Virus record (IMG/VR): IMGVR_UViG_3300020381_000736
Coordinates: 1 to 34,813 of that record
Reading direction: 5' to 3' (one strand)
DNA length: 34,813 nt
Origin: a virus
Taxonomy: Duplodnaviria; Caudoviricetes
A program made the translations under genes and the position numbers. The notes beneath the pieces are model-generated. The model saw only the letters and a list, made by a program, of their open reading frames with translations, made no database searches and was not told the DNA's origin. Positions within the stretch are counted from its first letter, which is position 1, and each line of letters begins with the position of its first letter. Positions 24,901-33,764 of this stretch are shown one piece after another.

Positions 24901-26950
24901 TACCAACTTCTAAATTTGCTAAGGCTGTATTACCTAATGTTGTTGCTCTTGCACCTATTGTTCCTGCACCACTTGTTTCACTTACTAAGTAAGTGTCTAA
25001 TGCAACACTGGCTGGTTTAGTAACATTAATATTACCACCTGTTATAAACAACCCTGCAGAATTACTAAAACTTATGTCATCAGTTGTATCAAAAAATGCT
25101 GATGTTACGTTACTGGTATAAAACTGTTGTGATGCGTTTCCATCTTTAATGTGTTGAATACTACCAAAGGATCTAATTAGTCCACTACCGTTTTCTTCTG
25201 CACTAGAAGTTGCATTAGCAGTTCTTCCAGGCATAAATTGTGTTTCACCTGTGAACACAATATTACCATGTCTTCTCTGATTGTCAGCAGTACCTGTTGT
25301 TCCGCCTACAGTTTGTTCACCTTGTGATATTAATGCAAATGGTGACTCATACCTTAATGCTTGTATATAAATTGGTCCTGATGCATCATGTTGTTGTGTA
25401 ATAATATTTGCATCGGAACTTGCATTACTACCTAATGCGGCTGTATTTGTACTTGTAACAATATTACCGTCTGCTAATTTAACACCAAATGTTAATGAAC
25501 TATCTGTTTCAAATGCAAAAGTTTTTGGTACTCTATTATTTTGTAAGAATGTATTTGCTGTAACAACATTACTTTCTGCCGCGGCAATTGATGCCACTAA
25601 CGTATTTGAAAGTGTGGCGTTGTTGTTTAATGAATCTGTTATTTCTCTTAATGTATCTAATTGTGCAGGAGCACCGCCAATTAAATCTGTTAATTCTGTT
25701 TGGACATATTCTGTTGTAGCAAGTTTAGTTGAATTGTCATTTGCTGATGCAGTAACACCTGTTGTTGATGCACCAACACTAAAAGTTGCTCCAGTGAAAT
25801 CTGTTGTTCCGGTGTAAACATAATCTGCTGTTAATGTATCGTTTCTATCTGTAGCAACAACATCTGCTGTTACATCTATAACACCGTTTGCTTCTGTAAC
25901 ATAAGTACCGGGTTGAATATATGTACTAATGTTAGCATTAAAATCTGTGACTTGGTTTGCCGTAATTGCTATAGCAGTTGTATTTGCTCCAGTAAGTTGT
26001 CCTTGTGCGTTTACATCAAATGCACTTACTTCGCTTACATTACCACCATAACTTGCGGCTGTAACTGATGTATCTGTAATATTAAATACACCTGTTGCTT
26101 CTGTATAAGTTAGTCCTGTTGTAGCACTAACATTACCTCTAACTCTTGCTGTGAAATCATTAATCTGTGATGAAGGAATATCTATTAAGGCATTTGCCGC
26201 CGCTGTTAATCTACCTTTTTCATCTACAGTATATGTTGGAACTGTTGTAGCACTTCCATATGGATTTGCTGTAACACCACTGTCAACTAAATCTATTGTT
26301 ATATCGGAACCGTCTTCTGTTCCTTGACTTGCAACAATAATATTACTGTTGCCTAATCCTTGTGCTGACTGAACATAAGCACCAGTTGTATCTGTTCCTA
26401 ATGCTACTGCATTTGCTTGAACCGTTGCAGTTGCTATAGTTAAAGTTATGTTCTGGCTACCGTCTATTGAAACTGTTCCTGTACCAGCAACATCACCTGT
26501 TAGTGTTGTTGTAAGATTTCTTGCTGTCTGCCATTGGTCTGCTGTATTGGCTATACCTGTAAATCTTGTGCCAAAAATTCTTCCTGTTTCTGAACCATAG
26601 GCATTTGGCGTAATAACTGTTGTACCTATTGTTGTATTTCCAACAACATTAAGTGTTTGGGCAACATTTAAGTCCTGTGATATCTCAGTATCTTGACTTA
26701 CAATTAAAGTGTTTGCTGTTGCGTTGCCTGAATATGTTAATCGTACGTTACTACCAGCATTAGAGTTAAGTTGCAAGTATGCACTAGCAACATCACTGTC
26801 ACTGTTAATAACATATCCATCTGCATCGTTTACAGTTTGTGTATCAGAATGGAATACGACATTACCTTCACCAGTAACTGTTCCATGTACAAGTAGGTTA
26901 CCATAAACTACTAAATTTTCATCTGGATTAAAATTTGATTGTTTGCTCAT
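21941..26950 (-). CDS. Long tail fibre protein (1669 aa)
   Basis: Thr/Ala/Gly/Asn-rich; TVDxxGRLT repeats, TEGxNLxYT repeats, DTTPQLGGNLDVNG; same C-terminal domain as 19121..21844. Confidence 0.8.
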   Translation of the reverse strand: MSKQSNFNPDENLVVYGNLLVHGTVTGEGNVVFHSDTQTVNDADGYVINSDSDVASAYLQLNSNAGSNVRLTYSGNATANTLIVSQDTEISQDLNVAQTLNVVGNTTIGTTVITPNAYGSETGRIFGTRFTGIANTADQWQTARNLTTTLTGDVAGTGTVSIDGSQNITLTIATATVQANAVALGTDTTGAYVQSAQGLGNSNIIVASQGTEDGSDITIDLVDSGVTANPYGSATTVPTYTVDEKGRLTAAANALIDIPSSQINDFTARVRGNVSATTGLTYTEATGVFNITDTSVTAASYGGNVSEVSAFDVNAQGQLTGANTTAIAITANQVTDFNANISTYIQPGTYVTEANGVIDVTADVVATDRNDTLTADYVYTGTTDFTGATFSVGASTTGVTASANDNSTKLATTEYVQTELTDLIGGAPAQLDTLREITDSLNNNATLSNTLVASIAAAESNVVTANTFLQNNRVPKTFAFETDSSLTFGVKLADGNIVTSTNTAALGSNASSDANIITQQHDASGPIYIQALRYESPFALISQGEQTVGGTTGTADNQRRHGNIVFTGETQFMPGRTANATSSAEENGSGLIRSFGSIQHIKDGNASQQFYTSNVTSAFFDTTDDISFSNSAGLFITGGNINVTKPASVALDTYLVSETSGAGTIGARATTLGNTALANLEVGIARRTLQNFGNSTMFIGNQANVATYSNVVYKPTGAGIDGEYSTGARPLERLTVDGAITMGMKHSNDQLMVNGTIFYDAASNKLKGIQGNAIVDLIDATVTTIDTGDGSGEEVLASLSDSIYYLRQLTGGTGIDLSNNAANVVTITANSDNIRDIARGNLSATAGSQGYTSGTGQFSIPGTSDHITEGSTNLFYTDVRVDARINGTWLVDEDNMASDSATKIPTQQSVKAYVDTQLTAEDLDFQGDSGGALSIDLDSETLTIAGGNAISTAGATNTLTVSLDNTAVTPATYGSNASTVSNFTVDQQGRLTGAANQAIAITADQVTDFAEAVDDQVNVLVSGGANITVTYDDGAGTFVIDNDLTGDVTGVVAGAGLTGGGTSGDVTLNAIGGYGITVNANDIEVANADIRGLVSVSAGSQGYTAGTGVISVPGTTDHITEGSNLFYTDERVADKIGGILSATGNINVAYDDAADTITISESLTTTDITEGDNLYYTDERVADKIGAILTASGNLTVTYDDGADTITISEALTTNDIAEGDNLYFTNERVDDRVGALIIGGANITATYNDGAGTLTIDADNTGDITGVIAGDGLTGGANSGDATLNVVGGTGIVANNDDIAIDFSEFDTDNITEGSSNLFYTDVRARAVSIENVVEDTTPQLGGNLDVNGHSINYGDNEKATFGDGPDLEIYHDSLNSYIADVGTGSIIYKSGTQTFQNAAGSKTALTINTGSGVVMAFNNATRLETTTGGAKVTGNLEVTGAFETVDTDGLSEGSTNLYHTNTRVNTLIDARVTNAFVDALNVDADTLDSLDSGSFLRSDANDTHSGTITPNADNTIDLGSGSLRYNQVFANTFEGTATTAQYADLAEKYVSDKDYDVGTVMIFGGAEEVTQSTKQNCPSIAGVVSTDPAFLMNEGLEGGIVLALRGRVPVKVTGAVRKGDVLICSNTPGHAEAAPFKGYHVTGPSMIGIAISEHLSSGTGVVEAQIK
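23160..23596 (-). repeat. Three tandem 147-bp (49-aa) repeats
   Basis: I[TA]EGxNLxxTxERVxDxxG units start at 23596, 23449 and 23302 (spacing 147). Confidence 0.85.
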
Positions 26951-26986
26951 TAATGTGTTTCCGCCAATTCTAAATTGCTTTAGTTG

Positions 26987-26994
26987 TATTTATC
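26987..26994 (-). promoter_or_regulatory. Late promoter GATAAATA for the long fibre gene
   Basis: Immediately downstream of the MCP terminator, 36 nt before ATG 26950. Confidence 0.7.
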
Positions 26995-27011
26995 TATCTT
27001 GTCAAGAAATC

Positions 27012-27044
27012 AAAAAAAAGCACCTCCCGGAGGAAGTGCTTTTT
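27012..27044 (-). terminator. Rho-independent terminator after the major capsid gene
   Basis: Minus strand GCACTTCC-TCCG-GGAGGTGC followed by T8. Confidence 0.9.
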
Positions 27045-27083
27045 AATAGTCTGCTTATTCGCAGTTTGAATTAAAACTAATTC

Positions 27084-28223
27084 TTACTGGAATGCTACGT
27101 TTGACAATGTAATTGCATCAACGTAATCCGCCGCATTACCCAATGAACTTGCAGTATTTGTAAGTTCAATGTAACCATATCTTGTCATAAATGACACTAC
27201 TGGTTCAAATGTAGCAGGATCCATTACAGGACCTGTGCTCATTAAAGGAATGTATGGGCAGTAGAATGCAGGAGCATCAGTTTCGCTTGATCCTTTGTAA
27301 CCAACAAGTACTTTAGTACCGTCAGCCGCATAACTGTCAACAAAAACTTTGATAGAACCATTTAATGTTCCAGCAAGTTTTGTGTTAGTAGGTGCTTCAA
27401 AAGAACCTTCAGTTGTTCTAGCAAAAGTTGAAGTAGATGCTGATTGTAATATAGTTAATGCTTCTGGAGAAACAACTATATAGTTACCTGCGCCTCTTCT
27501 TGTTCTTGCCGCGATTCTGTTTGCCGCTCTGTTAATCTCAATAGCCAATACCGCGTGTCTGTCACCAACGTAAGTTTGTGTTCCAGTCACAGAGTTAAAG
27601 TCTAAAGTTGTTCCTGATCCAGCAAGAGTTCTTAGTGAACCTATGATCTCTTGGTCTATTTCAACAACAATCTCTTGAGCTAGAGCCTGCATAATTTCTG
27701 CTTCAACATCAAGACCATGCATAGATTCGGCATCTTGAGCTGACTCAAATGTCCATCTTGCACTTAAACGTCTTGTTTTCGCTTCAACAGTTTGCTTTAA
27801 GATTTGGATGCTTAGTTTTTTACCTGCAGTTCCTTCTGAAGCCGCTGTGGCATCAGGTGAACCTGAGTAAGCACTAGCAATCTTAAATGGTGAAAGTGCT
27901 TCATCACCTGGATTAACTCCAGTGGCACTTTCCGCATACCTTGTTCTTAAAGTATGGATTTGTCCAACAGGACCACTCATTGGTTGTACACCAACAAGCT
28001 CGTTAGCAATGACGGAAGGCATAACCCTTCTAATCAAAGGTAACATTACTTTGTTTAAAGTTGCAACGTTGCCAGCCTGAGTAGCACCACTTGACGCTGA
28101 TTCCTGAAGATATCTTTTTGTATTTTCAAGAACAACATCTAGTGAAGATTTTCTAGAACCGTTAAGTCCTTCTAAAAGTGCATCCTTGGTTGCTGACCAG
28201 TTGCTTTCAAATAATTCTGCCAT
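27084..28223 (-). CDS. gp23: Major capsid protein (T4 gp23-like)
   Basis: LIRRVMP..IANELVGVQPMSGPVG, VEAKTRRLSARWT.E.AQD...HGLD.EAE, TRRGAGN, FYCPYIPL, F.P...FMTRYG; AGGAG SD. Confidence 0.96.
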   Translation of the reverse strand: MAELFESNWSATKDALLEGLNGSRKSSLDVVLENTKRYLQESASSGATQAGNVATLNKVMLPLIRRVMPSVIANELVGVQPMSGPVGQIHTLRTRYAESATGVNPGDEALSPFKIASAYSGSPDATAASEGTAGKKLSIQILKQTVEAKTRRLSARWTFESAQDAESMHGLDVEAEIMQALAQEIVVEIDQEIIGSLRTLAGSGTTLDFNSVTGTQTYVGDRHAVLAIEINRAANRIAARTRRGAGNYIVVSPEALTILQSASTSTFARTTEGSFEAPTNTKLAGTLNGSIKVFVDSYAADGTKVLVGYKGSSETDAPAFYCPYIPLMSTGPVMDPATFEPVVSFMTRYGYIELTNTASSLGNAADYVDAITLSNVAFQ

Positions 28224-28233
28224 TTCTTATCTC

Positions 28234-29343
28234 CTAATTTGAAAGTCCGGCTAATTTACGGATGTTCTCTATTTCGACAACACCCTGTTCATCTTCAGTT
28301 GAAGGCTGAACGTTTTTGTCACCAGTGTGTTCTGATGTCACTGATTCCGTTAATGGTTTTCGCGACTCCTTAGGTAGTGCTTCGCCGTCTAAAACACTTG
28401 GAAGGTATTTGTTAAATTGCTTCTCAAGGTTTTCTGTTTTAACACTTTCTAAAAGGTCAACCATAATTTCTTTTTTGCCTTTGCCAAGAGGTTTTAGCAA
28501 GTTGTCCATAGTCTCTTTACGAGCATATTTGTCATTTGCTACATTAAGTTTTGATTCAACTAACTTAGTTGCTTCAGCATTTGCTTCAACTTCTTTGTTT
28601 GCTTCTTCTAACTTCTCTTTAACATCAGCGATTTGTTTTTCTAAATCTTTCACATCTGAAGATTCATTCAAGTAACTTGAACGGTATTCATTTGCAAAGG
28701 ATTCAAAGATTCTGCGACCGAAATCGTTTTCTCTTGCGGCTGTGATGTCATCTCTAAACTGTTTAACATTCTCTGTTACGATATTGTTTACAGTTTGTTC
28801 GACCTTGTCAGCGGCACGTTTGATAAAGTCTTTTTTGGCTTCTGAAAGTGCTTTTTTACCTTCTGTTACCATTTTAACTTTTTGTTCAACTAGTGCTTGT
28901 TTGTCTTCGTGGAATTCTTTAAGTTCTCCACTTAGTTGTTCAACAACAAAATCATCAAGTTTAGAAACATGTTCACCAACTTGGCTTCTCTCATCTCTTA
29001 ACTCTTTGACTTCTTTTGCTAATTGCTCTGCAACAAACCTTTCTAATTTCTTAGAATGTTCGCTAACAGCCTTTTTGTAAGCAACTCTTTCTTCAGCGAC
29101 TTTTTGTTTATCTTCAGCAAGTTCAACCATTTCTGCTTCAACTCTTTCTTTGATAAATCCGTCAACTGCTTCAACAATAAGACCTTTGTCATGCTCATAT
29201 CTTTGAGCAAACTCTTCTCTTAATTCTGCTGTAAGTTCCTCACGGGCTTCGGATAGACGACTTTCCCAGGCCTCAACGATACTTTGACGAATTTCTTCGT
29301 TAAGTTCGCTAGACTCGATAAGGTCTTCAAATTTTTCTGCCAT
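28234..29343 (-). CDS. gp22: Prohead core scaffolding protein (T4 gp22-like)
   Basis: Long Glu/Lys coiled coil between the protease and MCP; GRRIFESF motif; many LxE cleavage-type sites. Confidence 0.85.
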   Translation of the reverse strand: MAEKFEDLIESSELNEEIRQSIVEAWESRLSEAREELTAELREEFAQRYEHDKGLIVEAVDGFIKERVEAEMVELAEDKQKVAEERVAYKKAVSEHSKKLERFVAEQLAKEVKELRDERSQVGEHVSKLDDFVVEQLSGELKEFHEDKQALVEQKVKMVTEGKKALSEAKKDFIKRAADKVEQTVNNIVTENVKQFRDDITAARENDFGRRIFESFANEYRSSYLNESSDVKDLEKQIADVKEKLEEANKEVEANAEATKLVESKLNVANDKYARKETMDNLLKPLGKGKKEIMVDLLESVKTENLEKQFNKYLPSVLDGEALPKESRKPLTESVTSEHTGDKNVQPSTEDEQGVVEIENIRKLAGLSN

Positions 29344-29352
29344 AGTAGTCTC

Positions 29353-29982
29353 CTACCTCATTTTTAATTCATTAATAAAATTAATGATACTTTTATCAAG
29401 GTGCGATTTTGCACCTGTTTGTTTATCGTGTGTATAGTCTTTAGCGATATCATATATCATGCTACCACCTCTCATGTTAAACAAAGACTCATAAATGGTC
29501 TTTGGATAGGCGTCCGGGGCGGACGGTTGTGCAACAATATCTACGGTAACAATATCAAAATCAGACACACGACCTGATTCATTTACGTTTCCACTTCCTC
29601 TACTGCTGACACCTAATTTAGCACCTGCTTTTAATAAAGCCTTTGCAATATTCCCCATAGGTGTATCAATTACTTTCAGACTACCTAGTCCGTCTGATCC
29701 ATCACATTGCATTTCTGTAATAATGTGGCTCACACGGTCTAAGTTAATTTGTAGTTCTTCTGGATGGTCTAATTCGCCCATTACAGTTTCACCACCTGAA
29801 AGTCTTTTTGTTACGTTCTCTACAGCACGTTGAATTTCATCTTTGGGATATACTCTTCCATTTTGATTTTTAACATCACCCTGAATGAATAATCCTTTCA
29901 TGAATAAGTCTTTTCCGTCGTTGGCTTCCATTATCTGGATACCACTTGCTTCTGGACTCATGTATTCGTATAACTTACGCAC
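29353..29982 (-). CDS. gp21: Prohead protease (T4 gp21-like)
   Basis: GLFIQGDVKNQNGRVYP, GELDHP, RVSH, TPMG, LGVSSRGSG, DIVAQPSAPDAY; GTG start. Confidence 0.95.
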   Translation of the reverse strand: MRKLYEYMSPEASGIQIMEANDGKDLFMKGLFIQGDVKNQNGRVYPKDEIQRAVENVTKRLSGGETVMGELDHPEELQINLDRVSHIITEMQCDGSDGLGSLKVIDTPMGNIAKALLKAGAKLGVSSRGSGNVNESGRVSDFDIVTVDIVAQPSAPDAYPKTIYESLFNMRGGSMIYDIAKDYTHDKQTGAKSHLDKSIINFINELKMR

Positions 29983-30004
29983 TATAGTTTCCTTTTAAAG
30001 TTAA

Positions 30005-30808
30005 TTAAACCTTTTTAGGCTCAACATTTAAGTTATCACTTCCACCTGAATCTTTTGGTGAGTTATCACCTGAATCGCCGTCTCCGCCGTCCATAGTTTT
30101 AACTGGTTCACCTTGTCCATTTGGGCTAACAACTTTAGTTACGCCTTTCTTAGCAACTCCAGAATCATTGTTATCTGCATCACCACCTTTAGGTTCTGCA
30201 ACTTTATCAGAAAGTTTAGTTGCTTCTTCAACAACTTCATCTTCTGCTTCTGATTCATCTAGGTCATATTCAACTGCTTCTTCTTGAGGCTCGTCCATCA
30301 TATCCATGACTTCGTCTTCAACTTCTTCAGCATCATCGCCCATTTCTTCTTTATCTTCGTCACCCATTAGTTTTTCAAACTCTGCTCTTAGGTCTTCTAG
30401 TTCTGATTCTAAATCATCGACTTTGTCTTCTAATTCTTCATCTCCACCTTCTTCACCTTCGTCTTCGTCCTCTTCACCAACTTCGTCCATGTCGATTTCA
30501 TCATCTGCTTCTTCAACATCTGATACAAAATCTGCTTCTGGGTCTGCTATATCAATTTCTTCTTCAACTGCTTCTTCTTCAGATTCTTCAGCCTCTTCTA
30601 CTGCGTCTTCTTCAGCCTCATCGGCTTCCGCGACAGTTTCTTCGACTGCGTCTTCTTCGTTGTTATCAATATCTGATTCGTCTAAGATACGTTCGTATTC
30701 CTTCCGAGCAGTTTCAACAACGTATTCGTGAAGCAACTCTTCGGCACGTTCGTTATCTTCGGCTAGTAAGAATTCTAGTACTTGTTCTAGTTTACTGCGT
30801 TCTGACAT
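30005..30808 (-). CDS. Highly acidic prohead core/internal protein
   Basis: Extremely Glu/Asp-rich with a short coiled coil; between portal and protease, where T4 has gp67/gp68; AGGAG SD. Confidence 0.7.
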   Translation of the reverse strand: MSERSKLEQVLEFLLAEDNERAEELLHEYVVETARKEYERILDESDIDNNEEDAVEETVAEADEAEEDAVEEAEESEEEAVEEEIDIADPEADFVSDVEEADDEIDMDEVGEEDEDEGEEGGDEELEDKVDDLESELEDLRAEFEKLMGDEDKEEMGDDAEEVEDEVMDMMDEPQEEAVEYDLDESEAEDEVVEEATKLSDKVAEPKGGDADNNDSGVAKKGVTKVVSPNGQGEPVKTMDGGDGDSGDNSPKDSGGSDNLNVEPKKV

Positions 30809-30876
30809 TATGTGCTCCTATAATTAATTATATTTTACACCCAAAAGACATGCTTTTGGATATATTGCTGTAGTTG

Positions 30877-30884
30877 TACTTATA
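30877..30884 (-). promoter_or_regulatory. Late promoter TATAAGTA for the core-protease-scaffold-MCP operon
   Basis: Variant of the recurrent motif, 68 nt upstream of ATG 30808. Confidence 0.6.
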
Positions 30885-30995
30885 TAGTATGTGTTAATTG
30901 GGCGAGAAAGAGTGTTATTTTGACTCAAAATGCCTAAGAAGTGTCTGAATCTGTGTTTACAGTATCAGTTTGGGTGTAATTGTACTTTTATTTAT

Positions 30996-31766
30996 CTAAA
31001 TAATTTTGTTTATAAGGTTTATAGCATATTTAGAAAATTCGATATGACTCTCTATTGGCAAATGATTACAAGTATTTACGCCAGGACTATTTTCCCAACT
31101 TCCATACAGTTCATCACATACTTTTAAATATTCTGCTATGCCTTTTTGCATGTAATTTGCTTGTGGTATTTGCCATTCAAAAGGCTCTGCATTGTACTCT
31201 AATAAAGAATTAGACATGCTCATACCTTCAGCCCATTCAAAAGTATTAGGACTAAAAATAAACTTTGTATTAGTTTTTAAAAGTTTATCCAATCCATTTT
31301 GTAGTATATAATATTGTTTATGCCTTTCAATATCAGGGTCATAAAAATGCAAAAAGTATTGTTTTAATATAGCATGTGTGTCTTTATTCATTACTTTAGA
31401 TAAACGTTCTTGTATGTGATTTTCATCAAAAGAAGTGTCTAAATCGTCCTGAAACACAGAACCTAAACTGTCCGTTAGTAATGTTTTATCGATGTTTTCC
31501 CACCCTTTTTGATGTGTATATCTATCACTATTGTTAATTTTAAAGTCTATTCTTGTGGGAGTTGTAGCATTTATTATTACAAAATCTGCATCTAGCACAT
31601 CAATTGCATGGTCTATTTGTAAACGTATGCCAAAATTTGTACAGGCTGGAATAGCCAAGTTAGTATAGTCAGCATCATAGTAATCTGCTATAAATTGTCC
31701 GAATTCATGATTTGGTAGGTTAGGATCGCGACTGGACCACGAACAGCCACAAACGGCAAGTTTCAT
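30996..31766 (-). CDS. Hypothetical protein, possible SGNH-hydrolase-like fold
   Basis: N-terminal VCGCSW, NLAIPACTN and C-terminal NHLPIESH resemble SGNH blocks I, II and V. Confidence 0.55.
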   Translation of the reverse strand: MKLAVCGCSWSSRDPNLPNHEFGQFIADYYDADYTNLAIPACTNFGIRLQIDHAIDVLDADFVIINATTPTRIDFKINNSDRYTHQKGWENIDKTLLTDSLGSVFQDDLDTSFDENHIQERLSKVMNKDTHAILKQYFLHFYDPDIERHKQYYILQNGLDKLLKTNTKFIFSPNTFEWAEGMSMSNSLLEYNAEPFEWQIPQANYMQKGIAEYLKVCDELYGSWENSPGVNTCNHLPIESHIEFSKYAINLINKII

Positions 31767-31973
31767 TTAAAACGGGTCAGTGGATGCTTGAGCAGGTCTG
31801 GAATACATTAATGAAGCAAATTCTTCTTGTTCCAAGTTTTCTGCTTTTTTAAGTTCTCTATACTTACGAAGTTTGTTTAAGGCTTCAAGAGTAAGTCTAC
31901 CCTTACGAGTATCATCAAAGTCACGTGGTGTTGCTTTGTCATTTTCTGGATTGTAAAATTCTACTAATCTCAT
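31767..31973 (-). CDS. Small hypothetical protein following the portal (68 aa)
   Basis: TAATG coupling to the portal; DTRKGRLTLEALNKLRK motif. Confidence 0.75.
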   Translation of the reverse strand: MRLVEFYNPENDKATPRDFDDTRKGRLTLEALNKLRKYRELKKAENLEQEEFASLMYSRPAQASTDPF

Positions 31974-33700
31974 TAAATCTCTCCTGCTCCTGTACCAACT
32001 TCTGGTCCTGTTCCTTGAGCGCCTAAGGTTTGTGCATCAGGCCCTGCTAAAGGATCTGCACCTGGCTCTGGAATGTCTTCTACTGGTTTGTCTAAATCAA
32101 AGTCCGTACTTGGAGGAGTTTGTATTCCAACATTTCTAAGACCAACATTCTCTGCACCTGGCATTGCTGAACCTTTATTGTATTTATTCTCTTGTTTCCA
32201 ATAATGTTCGTTATCTTTCATTTCTTCTTCAGTTAAACCTAAATATTTTTTAAGTTTAAATTGTTGTGATAGATAAGGTACTGATTCTAAACTACTAAAC
32301 AATGTTGCACGTTGCGTATCTAAGTCTAATTCTCTATAACTACTAAAGTTATTAGGAGGTGTAAATTCTAAACTGAATGTGTTGTTTTCGATATCTATAC
32401 CTTTGTATTTTAAATAAAGTTTAAATTCTCTATCTAACTGTCTAATTAATTGTTTTTGTAAACGTTCACAGTATTTTGCAAATTGAAATTCTTGAATAAA
32501 TGCAATTCCTACTTTACCGTCATTGTATTGTGCTGTTCCATCATCTGGTCCAGTTGGCAAATAAGAACTAGGTACTCTCAATCCTCTTAATAGTTTATTA
32601 TTAAAATATTTCAAGTCATCAATTTCCCCAAGATTGTTACCACCTGGGAGGGTATCTACTTTACTACCACGACCATCTGCCGTTTGAGCAAAGAAATAAT
32701 CTTCTAACATGCTCATAGGATTGTATGCCGCATCCGCTACATTCTCTCCTGCTTTGTTTTTGTTAGGAACACGTTTTTGTTGTACTTCGTATTTTACTCT
32801 TTCTAAATACTGTTGTGCTTTATGTGGTGGCATATTACCAACATCAATAAAGAACACACGTCTTTCAGGTGCTCTATGCACTCTGTAAATAATAATGGAA
32901 TCTTCAAGTAATTCTTTTTGCTTAAAGACTTTAAAAATTGGTTCGAGGATACTTATACCAAAGGGCCAGTTATGATCCATGCCTTCTGTTAAACTCATGT
33001 GTACTACATGACTTGCATCTACAGGGCTACCATAATTAGCACCAGTGTCACCAGTATTAGTTTGATAGTTACCTGCACTAGCACCAATGTTACCACCAGA
33101 AAGCATTCCGCCTCCAGCACCATATGGTCTTGCATGTATTCTTGCGGCACTTGTTGCCGTTAGTTCATCAAAGTTGGCTTCTAAGTTTTTAATGTAATAA
33201 CATTCAATGTCTTTACCTTTACTTTCATTTACAACAACTTTTTCTACGTTAGCAGGATCTGACCAATACAATTTGTGTGTTTCAGGATCTCTTATAAAAA
33301 ACTGGTCTCCGTACTTTAATGTACTTCTAACCATTTTAAATGCTCTACGTCTTAGGTCATTTAAGTTACACCATTGCTCTAGTGTCTTATCTAAAATTTT
33401 CATTTCAGTTTCACTAGGATCTTCGTTGAATTCAAATACAAACGGTAGTCCAGTTGTATCATCATCTTGTGTACAAAATTCTGCTAGGATATCCAATGCG
33501 GCATTGATTTCTAAATCATTGTCCATTTGGTCATATTGAATGTACCTCATTAGCCTGTTGGGAGAACCAGCATATACTTCTGGTAGCCAACTGCTGTAAC
33601 GAGAATGAGTTGTAGCATAGCCATCGGTAGGTGCACCTGTTACATTAACTGGTAATCCACTGTTGCTACTGCTATTAAAATATTTACGCCAAGTTGCCAT
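31973..33700 (-). CDS. gp20: Portal vertex protein (T4 gp20-like)
   Basis: LLEDSIIIYRVHRAPERRVFFIDVGNMP..KAQQY, SMLEDYFF....GRGSKVDTLPGG.NLGEIDD..YF..KL.RGL.VP.S. Confidence 0.96.
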   Translation of the reverse strand: MATWRKYFNSSSNSGLPVNVTGAPTDGYATTHSRYSSWLPEVYAGSPNRLMRYIQYDQMDNDLEINAALDILAEFCTQDDDTTGLPFVFEFNEDPSETEMKILDKTLEQWCNLNDLRRRAFKMVRSTLKYGDQFFIRDPETHKLYWSDPANVEKVVVNESKGKDIECYYIKNLEANFDELTATSAARIHARPYGAGGGMLSGGNIGASAGNYQTNTGDTGANYGSPVDASHVVHMSLTEGMDHNWPFGISILEPIFKVFKQKELLEDSIIIYRVHRAPERRVFFIDVGNMPPHKAQQYLERVKYEVQQKRVPNKNKAGENVADAAYNPMSMLEDYFFAQTADGRGSKVDTLPGGNNLGEIDDLKYFNNKLLRGLRVPSSYLPTGPDDGTAQYNDGKVGIAFIQEFQFAKYCERLQKQLIRQLDREFKLYLKYKGIDIENNTFSLEFTPPNNFSSYRELDLDTQRATLFSSLESVPYLSQQFKLKKYLGLTEEEMKDNEHYWKQENKYNKGSAMPGAENVGLRNVGIQTPPSTDFDLDKPVEDIPEPGADPLAGPDAQTLGAQGTGPEVGTGAGEI

Positions 33701-33721
33701 AGTTTCCTCTTTATATGCGTA

Positions 33722-33729
33722 TATTTATC
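33722..33729 (-). promoter_or_regulatory. Late promoter GATAAATA for the portal gene
   Basis: 21 nt upstream of ATG 33700 with an AGAGGA SD between. Confidence 0.7.
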
Positions 33730-33764
33730 ACTATTTGGAATTTAAGTCAACTTAAAACTGGCAG

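Noticed and set aside
30306-30731. Ser-rich 141-aa ORF on the plus strand
   Set aside because: Antisense shadow of the GAA/GAT-rich acidic core gene.
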